Source: Octopus bimaculoides (Eukaryota). Taken from it: DNA of 37,706 nucleotides. The notes beneath the pieces are model-generated. The model ran no database searches and was not told where the DNA came from. It saw only the letters and a list, made by a program, of their open reading frames with translations. Of the stretch, positions 24,500 through 34,771 are shown piece by piece. The stretch is taken from assembly GCF_001194135.2 (NCBI RefSeq), contig NC_068983.1, forward strand, positions 70,561,030 to 70,598,735. Direction: 5' to 3'. Both the position numbers and the translations under genes were made by a program. The first letter of the stretch is position 1, and each line of letters starts with the position of its first letter.

Positions 24500-24990
24500 A
24501 TACGGTGTTTTGTAATGATGTCTTCCAACAGCTGAGCAAATTTTACTATGATTGATGACTGCGAATAACATGCATCCATCAAATTCAGCATGATGCTCAG
24601 TAAATCTGTTAGTGCGATTTTTGAAATTTTTACATCAAACTGTTTGTTAAATATTCTTGCGGCCAAACTCCACACAAGATTTTCTGAGGCGTACGCTGTT
24701 GGAGGACGTTCAAGTGTAGGTTTAATAGATAGACGCTTAGAGTAGATAATAAGCGAAATACCAGAACATATAGAAATAGGTTGTAAACACGACCACGATG
24801 ATCTTGTTGTCCATTCCCTCAGCTCTCACATGAATGGAACCACTTTTGGAGATTGAGAGATTTTCATGAAAAATCTGATCAAGCTTCGCACCGCTGCAAA
24901 GTCTATCAAAAGCAGCGTCGTATGACGTCTGCTTTGATCTTCATGAGAAGATTAACGGAAACCCAAATTTTCTTCTTTAAGATAAAATGG
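24500..24990 (-). mobile_element. Highly decayed RTE-type LINE remnant (RT thumb/C-terminus)
   Basis: Collinear fragments DAAFDRL, DNKII..VVFTT, LNVLQQR..QKILCGVW, WMHVIR match the RTE pattern AAFGRL...TK.KVY...LN.FHQRCLRKIL.I.W...W.GHV.R. Confidence 0.55.
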
Positions 24991-25237
24991 AATCGCCAGC
25001 AGGATTGAGTGGTCTTCAGGAAAAAGACTTCCGAGGGGCCTTTGATACATGGAAGTCATTCTGAGATCGCTTTAAACGTCTCCAATGGAACTATTCCAGA
25101 GGTAATGGTGTCCGAATATAAATAATACTTAAGGTACATATGTACGTGCACAAACATTCATGGATGCAGGCATAGATATCATTGCATATGCTGATCTTAT
25201 TACATGCCAAACCACTCGAATACTTCTAATATTTCGA

Positions 25238-25414
25238 CAGTGTGCCGAGCAAGATGCTAAGCGGCATTTCGTCCGTCTTTAAGATCTGATTTCAAATGCC
25301 GCCGAAGTTGACTTTGCTTTTTATCCCTTTCGGAGTTGATAAATACCTGTAATTTACGTAATCGACGTACGTCCTCCTCCGAAATTGCTGGCCTTGTGCC
25401 AAAATTTGAAATCA
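25238..25414 (+). mobile_element. SINE family A
   Basis: GCTAAGCGGCATTTCGTCCGTCTTT...GAAATTGCTGGCCTTGTGCCAAAATTTGAAA. Confidence 0.75.
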
Positions 25415-25589
25415 AAATTTTGACAGTACTTTCGATGGCTTGTCGCTGTTATCGCTTGATTAGGTGTGATCTTCATGCATTATGGATCTGTGTGTGAGTA
25501 CGTCTGCGTTTGCGCTTGTGTATATCAGCATAAATATGTTGCCGTGTTTGTCATAAAAGCGACAAAACTCTCAGAATGGTCTCTAACTC

Positions 25590-25735
25590 GGTGCAATTGA
25601 GTGTCTATTCAATAAGTAAATAAACATCGAAAAAGTGGGCACAAGGATAATTACTAGGCACGATATGATTTACTAAAACCCTTGAAGGTAGTGTCTCAGT
25701 ATGGCCAGTGTCCAATGACGTATCAATGAGAATAG
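25590..25735 (+). mobile_element. SINE family B, strongly decayed 3' part
   Basis: ACTAAAACCCTTGAAGGTAGTGTCTCAGTATGGCC resembles the family B tail. Confidence 0.4.
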
Positions 25736-26411
25736 TATCTTCCTTTCCCTAACTAGGCTCAAACCCCTATATATAAGCAATGGAAGAAACTCGCTTTGGG
25801 AGTGAAATTCAAGCTCCATGTCTTCTCAAAAGCATGAATGCTGAAAATGAACATCCTCCAAGCGAGAATTTGAAACCGAATAAAAGTTTAGCCCACTATG
25901 ATATAATTAATTGCTTTCTGGGATTCACAATAATATTTTAACTGATGTTATTAACACCTGACATACAAAAGCCATCACATTATACATAACTTGATGATTT
26001 ATCCGCAAAAGAATATGGAAATGAGGACTTGCTTTAATATCCATGTTTCGGTAATAATTTAAATATCTTACTAATTAAGCTACTGTAAAATTTCGATTAA
26101 ATGTTAAGTTGCAGAGTTTATTACATTTTATTTGTGTTAAATCTGAAGTAAATATTATTTACGTGAAGGTACTTCACTAATTGCTGTGAAGGTATTTAAC
26201 AAATTCATAGAATGTTGTTGCCAATTAAACTTCTGCCTAATTCTTGCCAGAACCCCACGCTATGCAGATATATGCTGCTTCTCAAAATTCTCAAAACAAG
26301 GTTCCGAATCTGTTTTTCTATAGATCTGACCGAAAAGCATTCAAATTTAGATGATACATTAAAAAAGAATATAACAAATGAAATTATGAACTCTTCAAAT
26401 AGACAAGATGC

Positions 26412-26412
26412 A

Positions 26413-26504
<92 letters not shown>

Positions 26505-26550
26505 GCTTGCCTGCTTGCCTGCTTGCCTGCTTACCTGCCTGTCTGTCTGT
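26412..26550. repeat. Compound tetranucleotide tract (ATCT)>(GTCT)>(GCTT/GCCT)
   Basis: Direct reading. Confidence 0.95.
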
Positions 26551-26714
26551 TCATTCTACTGTTCCGATAAATGATATAAAAATACTATATCAGGACACGA
26601 ATCAAAATTGTTTGTTGTATCATATATATTGGTAGAAATAAGAGAAAAATGGAGCCTGTACTAAATTTACGAGATGTCAATTAATGAAGTCTTACATTGG
26701 CGCTAAACCATAAA

Positions 26715-26875
26715 TTTGTTAGGAATAGTGGTATAGTCGATTGAATCGACCCCGGCTCATGATTATTATTGATGTAATCGATCTCAGAGAAATTCAAAAT
26801 CAGAACATAGAGAGTAGTACTGAATGTTGAAAAGCATATTATCCGACGTTTTACTACTTTGTTCGCTCCACCTTT
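26715..26875 (-). mobile_element. SINE family A, strongly decayed
   Basis: TAGTCGATTGAATCGACCCC...TCAGAAC...AAGCAT...TCGCTCCACC. Confidence 0.45.
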
Positions 26876-28119
26876 CCACTACTTTAATGTATTTCTCTTA
26901 TTAAAAGTGCTAATACTTCTGAGTTAACGTAGATGATATTAATCACGTAGGTGATATTAATGAAATGAAATCCTCAGTCTTATTCCACGTATAATGCCTT
27001 TTAAGCCTTGAAATATTCAAAGGTGTCTTACTATAAACGTTCTGATGCTCATGCGATGTGTCTTGCACACGTCAACCTGATACCACTTATCTCTAAGTAA
27101 ACTATTGAGAACGGCTGAGATTTCAGCCAAAAGATATACAATTCATAATAGAAGGAGGTAGAAAGTTGCGTTTATTGCTTCACAAGGTTATTTTAAATGT
27201 AAAAGAGTGAATTATCTCTAATGTTGAAATCTGTCCGCTAAATTCCTTAAGCCAGTTCTAACCTCTAATATAAAAAACACTTGAATTTTCTCAATTTACC
27301 TCTTCAAACAGTCCCTTTCATAAACTTGAAATCAATAGAATAAATGATTGAGCAACTTTATTACTTATATTTTCCAGCTTGAATGCTTCAAAAAAGAGAG
27401 AGCTTCTGATCATCATAGTGTACAACGATCAAAGAGGAATTTCGAATGAACCATAAAGTTGCCTGGGAAATAATAATATGAAACAACATCAAGGTCAAAC
27501 CACAAGCTTATAAGCTTGAAGGCAACTACAGAAAAGAAATACTATTCGACTTAATAGAAGCTCAGTACCAACTGAAGTGTTCATGTTACATGTACTATGA
27601 TTTTCACTGTTTTTGGTGATTCAATCCAGCTAACAGCAAATGGATACCTGTATATAGATAATACATAACTTTGCAAGCTGTAGGCTTACTTAATGAATAT
27701 TTTTGTTAGTTTAAATTACTAAACAAATGCCTCCCTATAATAATAAGTTATAATTAAAATACTCAGACTTCTGATACCAACTTCTATCAAAATTACACGT
27801 GCTATCAACAAGCTGGTATAAATTTTTAATTCTTATAGAATCCCTCCATTGAGACCCACTTATATCGCGTAAAGAACAGATGTTACGTTTTATTTATCTA
27901 TTTATTATTTAAATGTTTTAAAGTAGTTTAGTACTTCAACAGATCCGAATTTATCATTTAAACTAAAACACATAAATTCCGTATTGTCAATTGTCTTCAT
28001 ATCTGAAGATATTAGATATTAGATATTAAATATTAAATAAATCATCTTAATTCAAGGCACTAGAAATACATGCTCTGACTAGAAATACATGCTCTGGGAG
28101 GAAGTGATCAACAGTCATA

Positions 28120-29410
28120 TTGGGTGGCAACTAAGTTCCCGCCGTCTTTTAAAATTTAAAATTTTTAAAAGGTTTAATAAAAAATAACAACGAATTAATC
28201 AATAATGTATTTACTCTTGTTGTTTACAACTTCTTCCCAACGTTCAACAAGATTTTCAATACCTCGTTGGTAGAAATCACCCGATTTCGAAATTGTTCCA
28301 ACCAAGCTTTCAATTCTGCATCAGTATTGAACGAAACTCTGCACATAGTATTTGAAAGAGATCGAAAGAGGTGTAAATCCATTGGTGCCAAATCAGGAGA
28401 GTACGGTGGGTGTGGCAGCACTTCCCAGCCATGCGTTTGAATGGCTTCCTTGGTCATATTGGCGATATGAGGGCGGGCGTTGTCGTGCAGCAGAAGAATT
28501 CCATGCTGCCGATTAGGTCTTTTCTCTTGAATAGCCGTGTTGAGTCGTTCCATCTGTTGAACATCTGTTGAACCACGTTGACCGTTTGGTTCCGTTCAAG
28601 CAATTCGTAATGGATAATCTCTTTCCAGTCCCGCCATACGCACAACATCGTTTTACGTGGATGAAGATCTTGTTTCACGCGCGGTGTCACTTGTTTACCG
28701 GGGCTAAGCCATTCCTTACGCTGCGTCATATTGATATACAGGCAGCATTTTTAGTCGCCAGTAACGATTCGGTAAAGAAATCGTTACTTGTGTCCACGAG
28801 TTGAGCGGTGACGATCAAGCAAACCAGCGGAGATTGTGGCTCGTTGATTCTTGTTGTTGTCACTTAAAGCATGCGGAACCCATGCTCCATAATTCTGAAC
28901 CTTTCCCATTGAGTGAAAATGCTTCTCTATAGCAGTGTGGGAGCATTCCATTTTCTCTGCCAGTTCTCTTGTCGTTTGACGAGAATTTTCGTGCAAAAGT
29001 TGGTTTAATCACTCTTCATCGAACTCAATTGGACGGCCAGAACGAGGTGCGTCTTTGAGGTCAAAATTTCCATTTTTGAACTTAGCATACCAATCAGGAG
29101 CTGTTGTTTCAGCTATGGCCCCCTCTCGATACTCAGCACAAATGTCGCGAGCAGCTTTTGCGTCCTTAAAACCTTGATTAAAAGCAAAAAGAAGGAGGTG
29201 TCGAAAATGCTCGTTTTTCTTAACTTGACATTCCATTGTAATGATCTGAAAATAAACAAAAATTAACTAAAATTAACTAGAAAAAGAAAATAGATTCCAA
29301 AATGATTCAAAAATAGAATTTTCGAAAAAAATAGATTCCAAAATTTAAAAGCGCAATAAATTCCAAAATAATAATAAAAAAAAATGGCAGGAACTTAGTT
29401 GCCAACCCAA
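28120..29410 (-). mobile_element. Full-length mariner transposon (D,D34D), inactivated
   Basis: TIRs TTGGGT(T)GGCAACTAAGTTCCYGCC at 28120-43 and 29386-410, with TA on both flanks; length 1291 bp. Confidence 0.95.
28224..29236 (-). pseudogene. mariner transposase pseudogene
   Basis: HTH N-terminus, RSGRP, WVPHAL, IVTGD*K, HDNARPH and YSPDLAPMD, with 34 residues between the 2nd and 3rd Asp. Several stops (e.g. 29009, 28784) and frameshifts. Confidence 0.95.
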
Positions 29411-30439
29411 TATTATTCTAGTCAAAATAAACACTTCTCTGGTGCTGTAAAAGATGGTGATGAGACAGCAAATAGCACAGGTACATAGACACGTGCATAT
29501 TTCAATACACTCAGAACTTCTTTCACTGTTTCATGAATTCTTCACTGATAACTCGACATTGCCATTCAAATACACAAATCTGCCTTCAGGTTCAGCAAAT
29601 CTTTCTGCTCACACTTTTCCACACCCATGAACATACACACCAACAGACAGACACAGTATGTACAAACTCACACAGACCTACGTTTACACATACATACATG
29701 CGTGCACACATAAATATACATACACACACTCAGACACACGCACACTAATATGTATGTACAAATATAAACGCAACATAAACACACATACGGACGCTCGTAG
29801 GTACATATATTTATTTATTCACACATATAATCAGATGAATAAATAGTAAATGCGTTATAAATCAGAAGTCTTCATGAGATCAAATAGTTTTTAGTATAGA
29901 TGTTATCATCAAAGAGAAAACTCTTTTCTCCAATACGATACCATTAAACCAGTGAAGAAATGTAAAATACATCCATTATCCTATAATAACATATCATAAC
30001 ATTTTTTTTTTCTATTACCAATTTATTACGTTAGATACGTGTGGGTAGTTTCCGGATTTGTACTTGTAAGGCGTAATGAGTCGCACAGCATCAATTATAT
30101 AGCTAATATGAATTCACCCTATAATTGATGCAGTATGATTTATCATAACTTTAAAGCTTAGGGAATTCTTGGTTAAAACTAGCTTTTGATACTTAAAATG
30201 ATGTTTTTTGTCATTGAAATAGTTCGGGAGAACATGAAATAAAACTAGTCGTCGATTTGACAATCTCCTTATTAATTGGATGCATTAAAAAAATCATTTT
30301 ATTGTTATTGAGTCAGGAGAGGACAGGTAATTCTTGTCTTATTTGGAAATCCCTTGAACTGGTGTGATTCATAGGGTTCAGTACAGATTTGGTTGGTTAA
30401 ACATATTTGAGAAAATGTAAAAGAAAGTTAGGTGATTCT

Positions 30440-30714
30440 CAGTGGGTATGTCTTGCTTGATAATTTCGTAGAGTACATACCTTGTACTAGTGATGAATGT
30501 GGCAGGAAAAATACCAGTGAACAATATGAAAACCCATCTAATCAGTTCGGGAGGTATTAAAAGTCATTTGAACAGCATCGCCATTTTTTAGTTACAGAAG
30601 GAAAATGTATACATTTCGGAAGAAAGCAAGAAACCACTTGTCATACAAGCATTGCTTCTGTACATGCAAGGAAACAATAACAAATGGATGTTTATTTTTG
30701 TGTTCCCCTCTTGC

Positions 30715-30791
<77 letters not shown>

Positions 30792-31140
30792 AACGTCTTT
30801 CGGGCTTAGCTTGAGCTTCTCAGATCGGTGGATATCATCTTTGTTTAACATCCTATCGTCTGGAATCATCTTGTAGCAGAAGTCGGCTTCGTCACTGTTG
30901 TACACAAACCCTTCTCATAGTCACTATATTCTAAGAAGGATTTTAACATAGTCGAATATTCGTTGGAAACGGTACTGTCGTTTGAGCGATTTTCTCCTTG
31001 AACTGATATACTTGCTAAAATGAACTTAAAGAATAGGAATAGAAATCAGGTTTCTGAGCGAGCTTTAGACAATCATTGCGTAACATCGAGGTTGACATTC
31101 TTCAGGTGTTTGAATTTTAGTTTTGCAGTTTTATAAAATA
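30440..31140 (-). mobile_element. pogo/Tigger-type (CENP-B/DDE_1) transposase remnant, interrupted by (GT)n
   Basis: ISVQGE...YNSDEADFCYKMIPD...KLSPKDVIVC matches GE...YNADETGLFYKMLP...K.SKERITV; LVFFLPHSSLVQ matches FLPPNTTSLIQ. Confidence 0.65.
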
Positions 31141-31349
31141 TTATTATGCTTTACGAAGTGACGCTTATAACTTTCCAAATCGAGATTTCTAGCCAGGAAG
31201 CATAAAATCCAGTATACTGTCGATTTCGAGTAAGCTGAGTTTGATCGTTTGTATTCATTGCATTAGAGGAGTAAAGTTTAACTTTCTAAAGAGATTTTTC
31301 ATTGGCTGTTTGTGCCATTTTTATTGCCACCATATATATATATATATAT

Positions 31350-31399
31350 CTGATGCTGAAGAGGAGATAATTACTCCGAAATGTATCTCCTCTTCAGCA
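31350..31399 (+). ncRNA. Second hammerhead ribozyme copy, truncated at the cleavage site and followed by a fold-back
   Basis: 31350-31387 is identical to 32530-32567. After C17 the stem I 3' strand is absent; instead 31384-31399 is the exact reverse complement of 31354-31369. Confidence 0.7.
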
Positions 31400-31415
31400 G
31401 GTCGTATATATATAT

Positions 31416-32194
31416 NNNNNNNNNNNNNNNNNNNNNNNNNNNNNNNNNNNNNNNNNNNNNNNNNNNNNNNNNNNNNNNNNNNNNNNNNNNNNNNNNNNNN
31501 NNNNNNNNNNNNNNNNNNNNNNNNNNNNNNNNNNNNNNNNNNNNNNNNNNNNNNNNNNNNNNNNNNNNNNNNNNNNNNNNNNNNNNNNNNNNNNNNNNNN
31601 NNNNNNNNNNNNNNNNNNNNNNNNNNNNNNNNNNNNNNNNNNNNNNNNNNNNNNNNNNNNNNNNNNNNNNNNNNNNNNNNNNNNNNNNNNNNNNNNNNNN
31701 NNNNNNNNNNNNNNNNNNNNNNNNNNNNNNNNNNNNNNNNNNNNNNNNNNNNNNNNNNNNNNNNNNNNNNNNNNNNNNNNNNNNNNNNNNNNNNNNNNNN
31801 NNNNNNNNNNNNNNNNNNNNNNNNNNNNNNNNNNNNNNNNNNNNNNNNNNNNNNNNNNNNNNNNNNNNNNNNNNNNNNNNNNNNNNNNNNNNNNNNNNNN
31901 NNNNNNNNNNNNNNNNNNNNNNNNNNNNNNNNNNNNNNNNNNNNNNNNNNNNNNNNNNNNNNNNNNNNNNNNNNNNNNNNNNNNNNNNNNNNNNNNNNNN
32001 NNNNNNNNNNNNNNNNNNNNNNNNNNNNNNNNNNNNNNNNNNNNNNNNNNNNNNNNNNNNNNNNNNNNNNNNNNNNNNNNNNNNNNNNNNNNNNNNNNNN
32101 NNNNNNNNNNNNNNNNNNNNNNNNNNNNNNNNNNNNNNNNNNNNNNNNNNNNNNNNNNNNNNNNNNNNNNNNNNNNNNNNNNNNNNNNNNNNNN
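31416..32194. other. Assembly gap (between the two hammerhead copies)
   Basis: N run. Confidence 1.
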
Positions 32195-32215
32195 TATATA
32201 TATATATATAATTTT

Positions 32216-32742
32216 GTAACCTGTTCAAATATACTAGAGGCATATTCGAACCCGTAAGAAGGTCAATCACTGTATTATGTCATGATTTGGTGTATTTACA
32301 CCATTTGTCTACAATGAGAAATTTTTCCCCATGGCAAAATACAGCGAATAGCTTTCTTACAGGTTCGACTATGCCTCAAGCATATTTGAACTGGTAAGAG
32401 GTTTATTCTATAAACACCACAGCCTAGCGCTTCTATTCCGCCGATTAGCGCAGCCAGTCGCAGTACGCTGACTAGAATATAAGAGAGATCTGTCTCAAGT
32501 CAGCCGATAGCGCTTTCTCCTTCCAGTGTCTGATGCTGAAGAGGAGATAATTACTCCGAAATGTATCCATCCGCTAGCCTTGGTAGGGGACATGTCTACA
32601 ACTATTTGTCCACCGCTAAACATTTTCGTCATGACAAAATATAGTTAATGGTTTTCTTACGAATTCGAATATGCCTCAAGTATATTTGAACTGGTAACAA
32701 GTTTATATTTATACACATCACTGCATAGCGCTTCCATTCCGC
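32216..32742 (+). mobile_element. Hammerhead-containing ~300-bp tandem repeat with 5' inverted arm (retrozyme-like or Penelope pseudo-LTR-like)
   Basis: 32303-32441 recurs at 32604-32742 (offset 300-301). 32216-32285 is an inverted copy of the same unit. The ribozyme lies inside the full unit. Confidence 0.6.
32530..32573 (+). ncRNA. Minimal type-I hammerhead ribozyme motif (complete copy)
   Basis: Stem I 5' strand CTGATG (32530-35); core CTGAAGA (32536-42); stem II GGAG-ataatta-CTCC (32543-57); GAAA (32558-61); minimal stem III AT-gt-AT; cleavage triplet ATC with C17 at 32567; stem I 3' strand CATCcG (32568-73), pairing 5 of 6 positions. Confidence 0.8.
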
Positions 32743-33087
32743 GTATATATATACATGTTTGTATGTACATACCTGCACCTACAAAATTTTTTTAGTACAT
32801 CTAAGTGATCTATTTAACACTGACCAGGATCAGGATGAATCAGCTAGTCACTGCATCGCTTTAAACCTTCCTATATTCACAATTGAGACGTTACACTACA
32901 AATGTATTGTATTCTGATTGCTTTGAAATTGACATGCCATTAGTACACCTTTACATTTCCCCGCAGCTCACGCGCACTCTCACGGGCTCGTTGCTGATTA
33001 ATTTTACAGCTTTCCTATTGCCTACAGCAATATTATACTCTAGAATGTGGTACATAACCACAGCTAAAAGGCATATATTATTTGCTT

Positions 33088-33147
33088 GCTTACCATTTTG
33101 GCCAAAGATGAAACTCCGTGCCGGAGACGGTTGCTCGGTATTTTATA
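33088..33147 (-). promoter_or_regulatory. Candidate TATA promoter and ATG-only first exon
   Basis: Minus strand: TATAAAAT (33147-40), AGTTTC start about 32 nt downstream (33115), then CCAAAATG (ATG at 33096-94) followed immediately by donor GTAAGC. No downstream exon identified. Confidence 0.35.
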
Positions 33148-34134
33148 GACTTATCTTGTTTAAAATTCACAATGGTTGATGAGTGATAGATTTCATAATT
33201 TTATCTGCCTTCATATAATCCAATTTAGTTGAAAGAACCTGGAATATTTCATCCTATCCACCAGAAGAGTCGAGCATAGTAAGATAGCGAAATATTTCAC
33301 GAAATTTTTAATGCGGCTGCTAATTAGAACAAGTAATTGCATTCCAACTTTTGATGACGATATATAAAAGGTGATTTACATTATTCGAATATTAAGAGTC
33401 TTGGCTACAGATGCAACACAGCGTTGCTGATATAAAACACGCAGCATGAAGGAATCTCTTCGTGGTCTTTCGATCTGTAAGAAACAGTACCACATTTCTC
33501 TCAGTTCAAAAAATTATGATCACAGGTCTGCTCGGTCAGCGCCGACTTGGGGCTAAACATCAGTATCACCACAGATATTTCGGTTGGTTCTCCACTACCG
33601 CTATCTCGTTTTTTTTTCGGTTATCAGGACTCCTTAGAAACTAATATTAGACATCTCATAATGCGAAGAATCCACTATGACGCTGTACAGATGACCTCAG
33701 TCGTGTATTTCTATATAAAGAAGAAGAAAAAAAAAACTTGGACACATCAATAGAAAAAAGAACAATATAAGAATAGTAAATGTGAAATAGAATTTAATAT
33801 AATTTTTAAGGAAAATAAATTACTTTAATGAATTCTGAAAACGAACGTGTCCTTTTTTAATTTCGATCTTTATTGAAAATGAAAACTATATAATTTCTTT
33901 TTAATTTTAGCATAGCAAAAATAATTATCACAAGAAATTTTTAAAGAAAAATTTATGTCACTGAAATTATTTTGCAAGGAGTTTTTTCTGATAAAAGTGC
34001 AGGACTAAGGGAACTATTTGAGTGCCAGATAAAATAACTTGCTCTATTTAGTTACATCTCTTTAAATCCTCATTTCTAGCCTTGCAAACAAAGTACCAGA
34101 TTAAACTTAAAAACTGCTTGATGTTCTGACTAAC

Positions 34135-34285
34135 ATTCTGGCAGAATCGTTAGCATGCCGGACAAAATGCTTAGTAGCGTTTCATTTGTCTTCAAGTTCT
34201 GAGTCCAAATTGCGCTGAGGTCAACTTTACCTTTCATGATTTCGAGGTGGATAAAATAAGTACCAGCTGAGCACTGGAGTCGACA
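34135..34285 (+). mobile_element. SINE family A, 3'-truncated
   Basis: CTGGCAGAATCGTTAGCATGCCGGACAAAATGCTTAG...GATAAAATAAGTACCAGCTGAGCACTGGAGTCGA. Confidence 0.78.
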
Positions 34286-34309
34286 CAGTTCCAGTTTTAT
34301 CGTTACATA

Positions 34310-34522
34310 CACGAGAGGGTACTGAAAAGTTCTGAGCTGCGAGTAAAAGAAAATACAGGAGGAACAATTAATTATAATTTTATTCAACATATTCCGCTCT
34401 CAGATTCACACTTATTGCAGTGGGCCTTCAGTTTTTCTAAGCTCCGTAAAATAACCTGGAAGTTTGGGCCTCCAACCAGGCCTTTCGTATACCGTAAAGC
34501 CAGGAAATTTTCAGACCCCTTC

Positions 34523-34525
<3 letters not shown>
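34310..34525. mobile_element. 216-bp mariner-type MITE
   Basis: Left TA|CACGAGAGGGTACTGAAAAGTTC versus reverse complement of the right end CACGAAGGGGTCTGAAAATTTC; no coding capacity. Confidence 0.7.
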
Positions 34526-34591
<66 letters not shown>

Positions 34592-34718
34592 AAGAGAGAG
34601 AGAGCGGGGGGGAGATGTTAATACATAAAATATGATATAATATTAATACAAGGTATATGTAAATATACAAATACGTATATGAGCACCCACATATGCATGG
34701 ATGTGTATATATTATCGT

Positions 34719-34771
<53 letters not shown>

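Noticed and set aside
28059-28096. 19-bp tandem duplication ACTAGAAATACATGCTCTG near the mariner end
   Set aside because: A local slippage duplication 23 bp outside the element; the true TSD is TA.
32773-32778. Possible 6-nt minus-strand microexon (TTTTGTAG|GTGCAG|GTATGT)
   Set aside because: Weak polypyrimidine tract; such short matches arise by chance and cannot be supported without reads.
32883-33179. 98-aa plus-strand ORF with an internal acceptor-like TTTCCCCGCAG
   Set aside because: No recognisable domain, a TTG-type start, and it overlaps the better-formed minus-strand promoter candidate.
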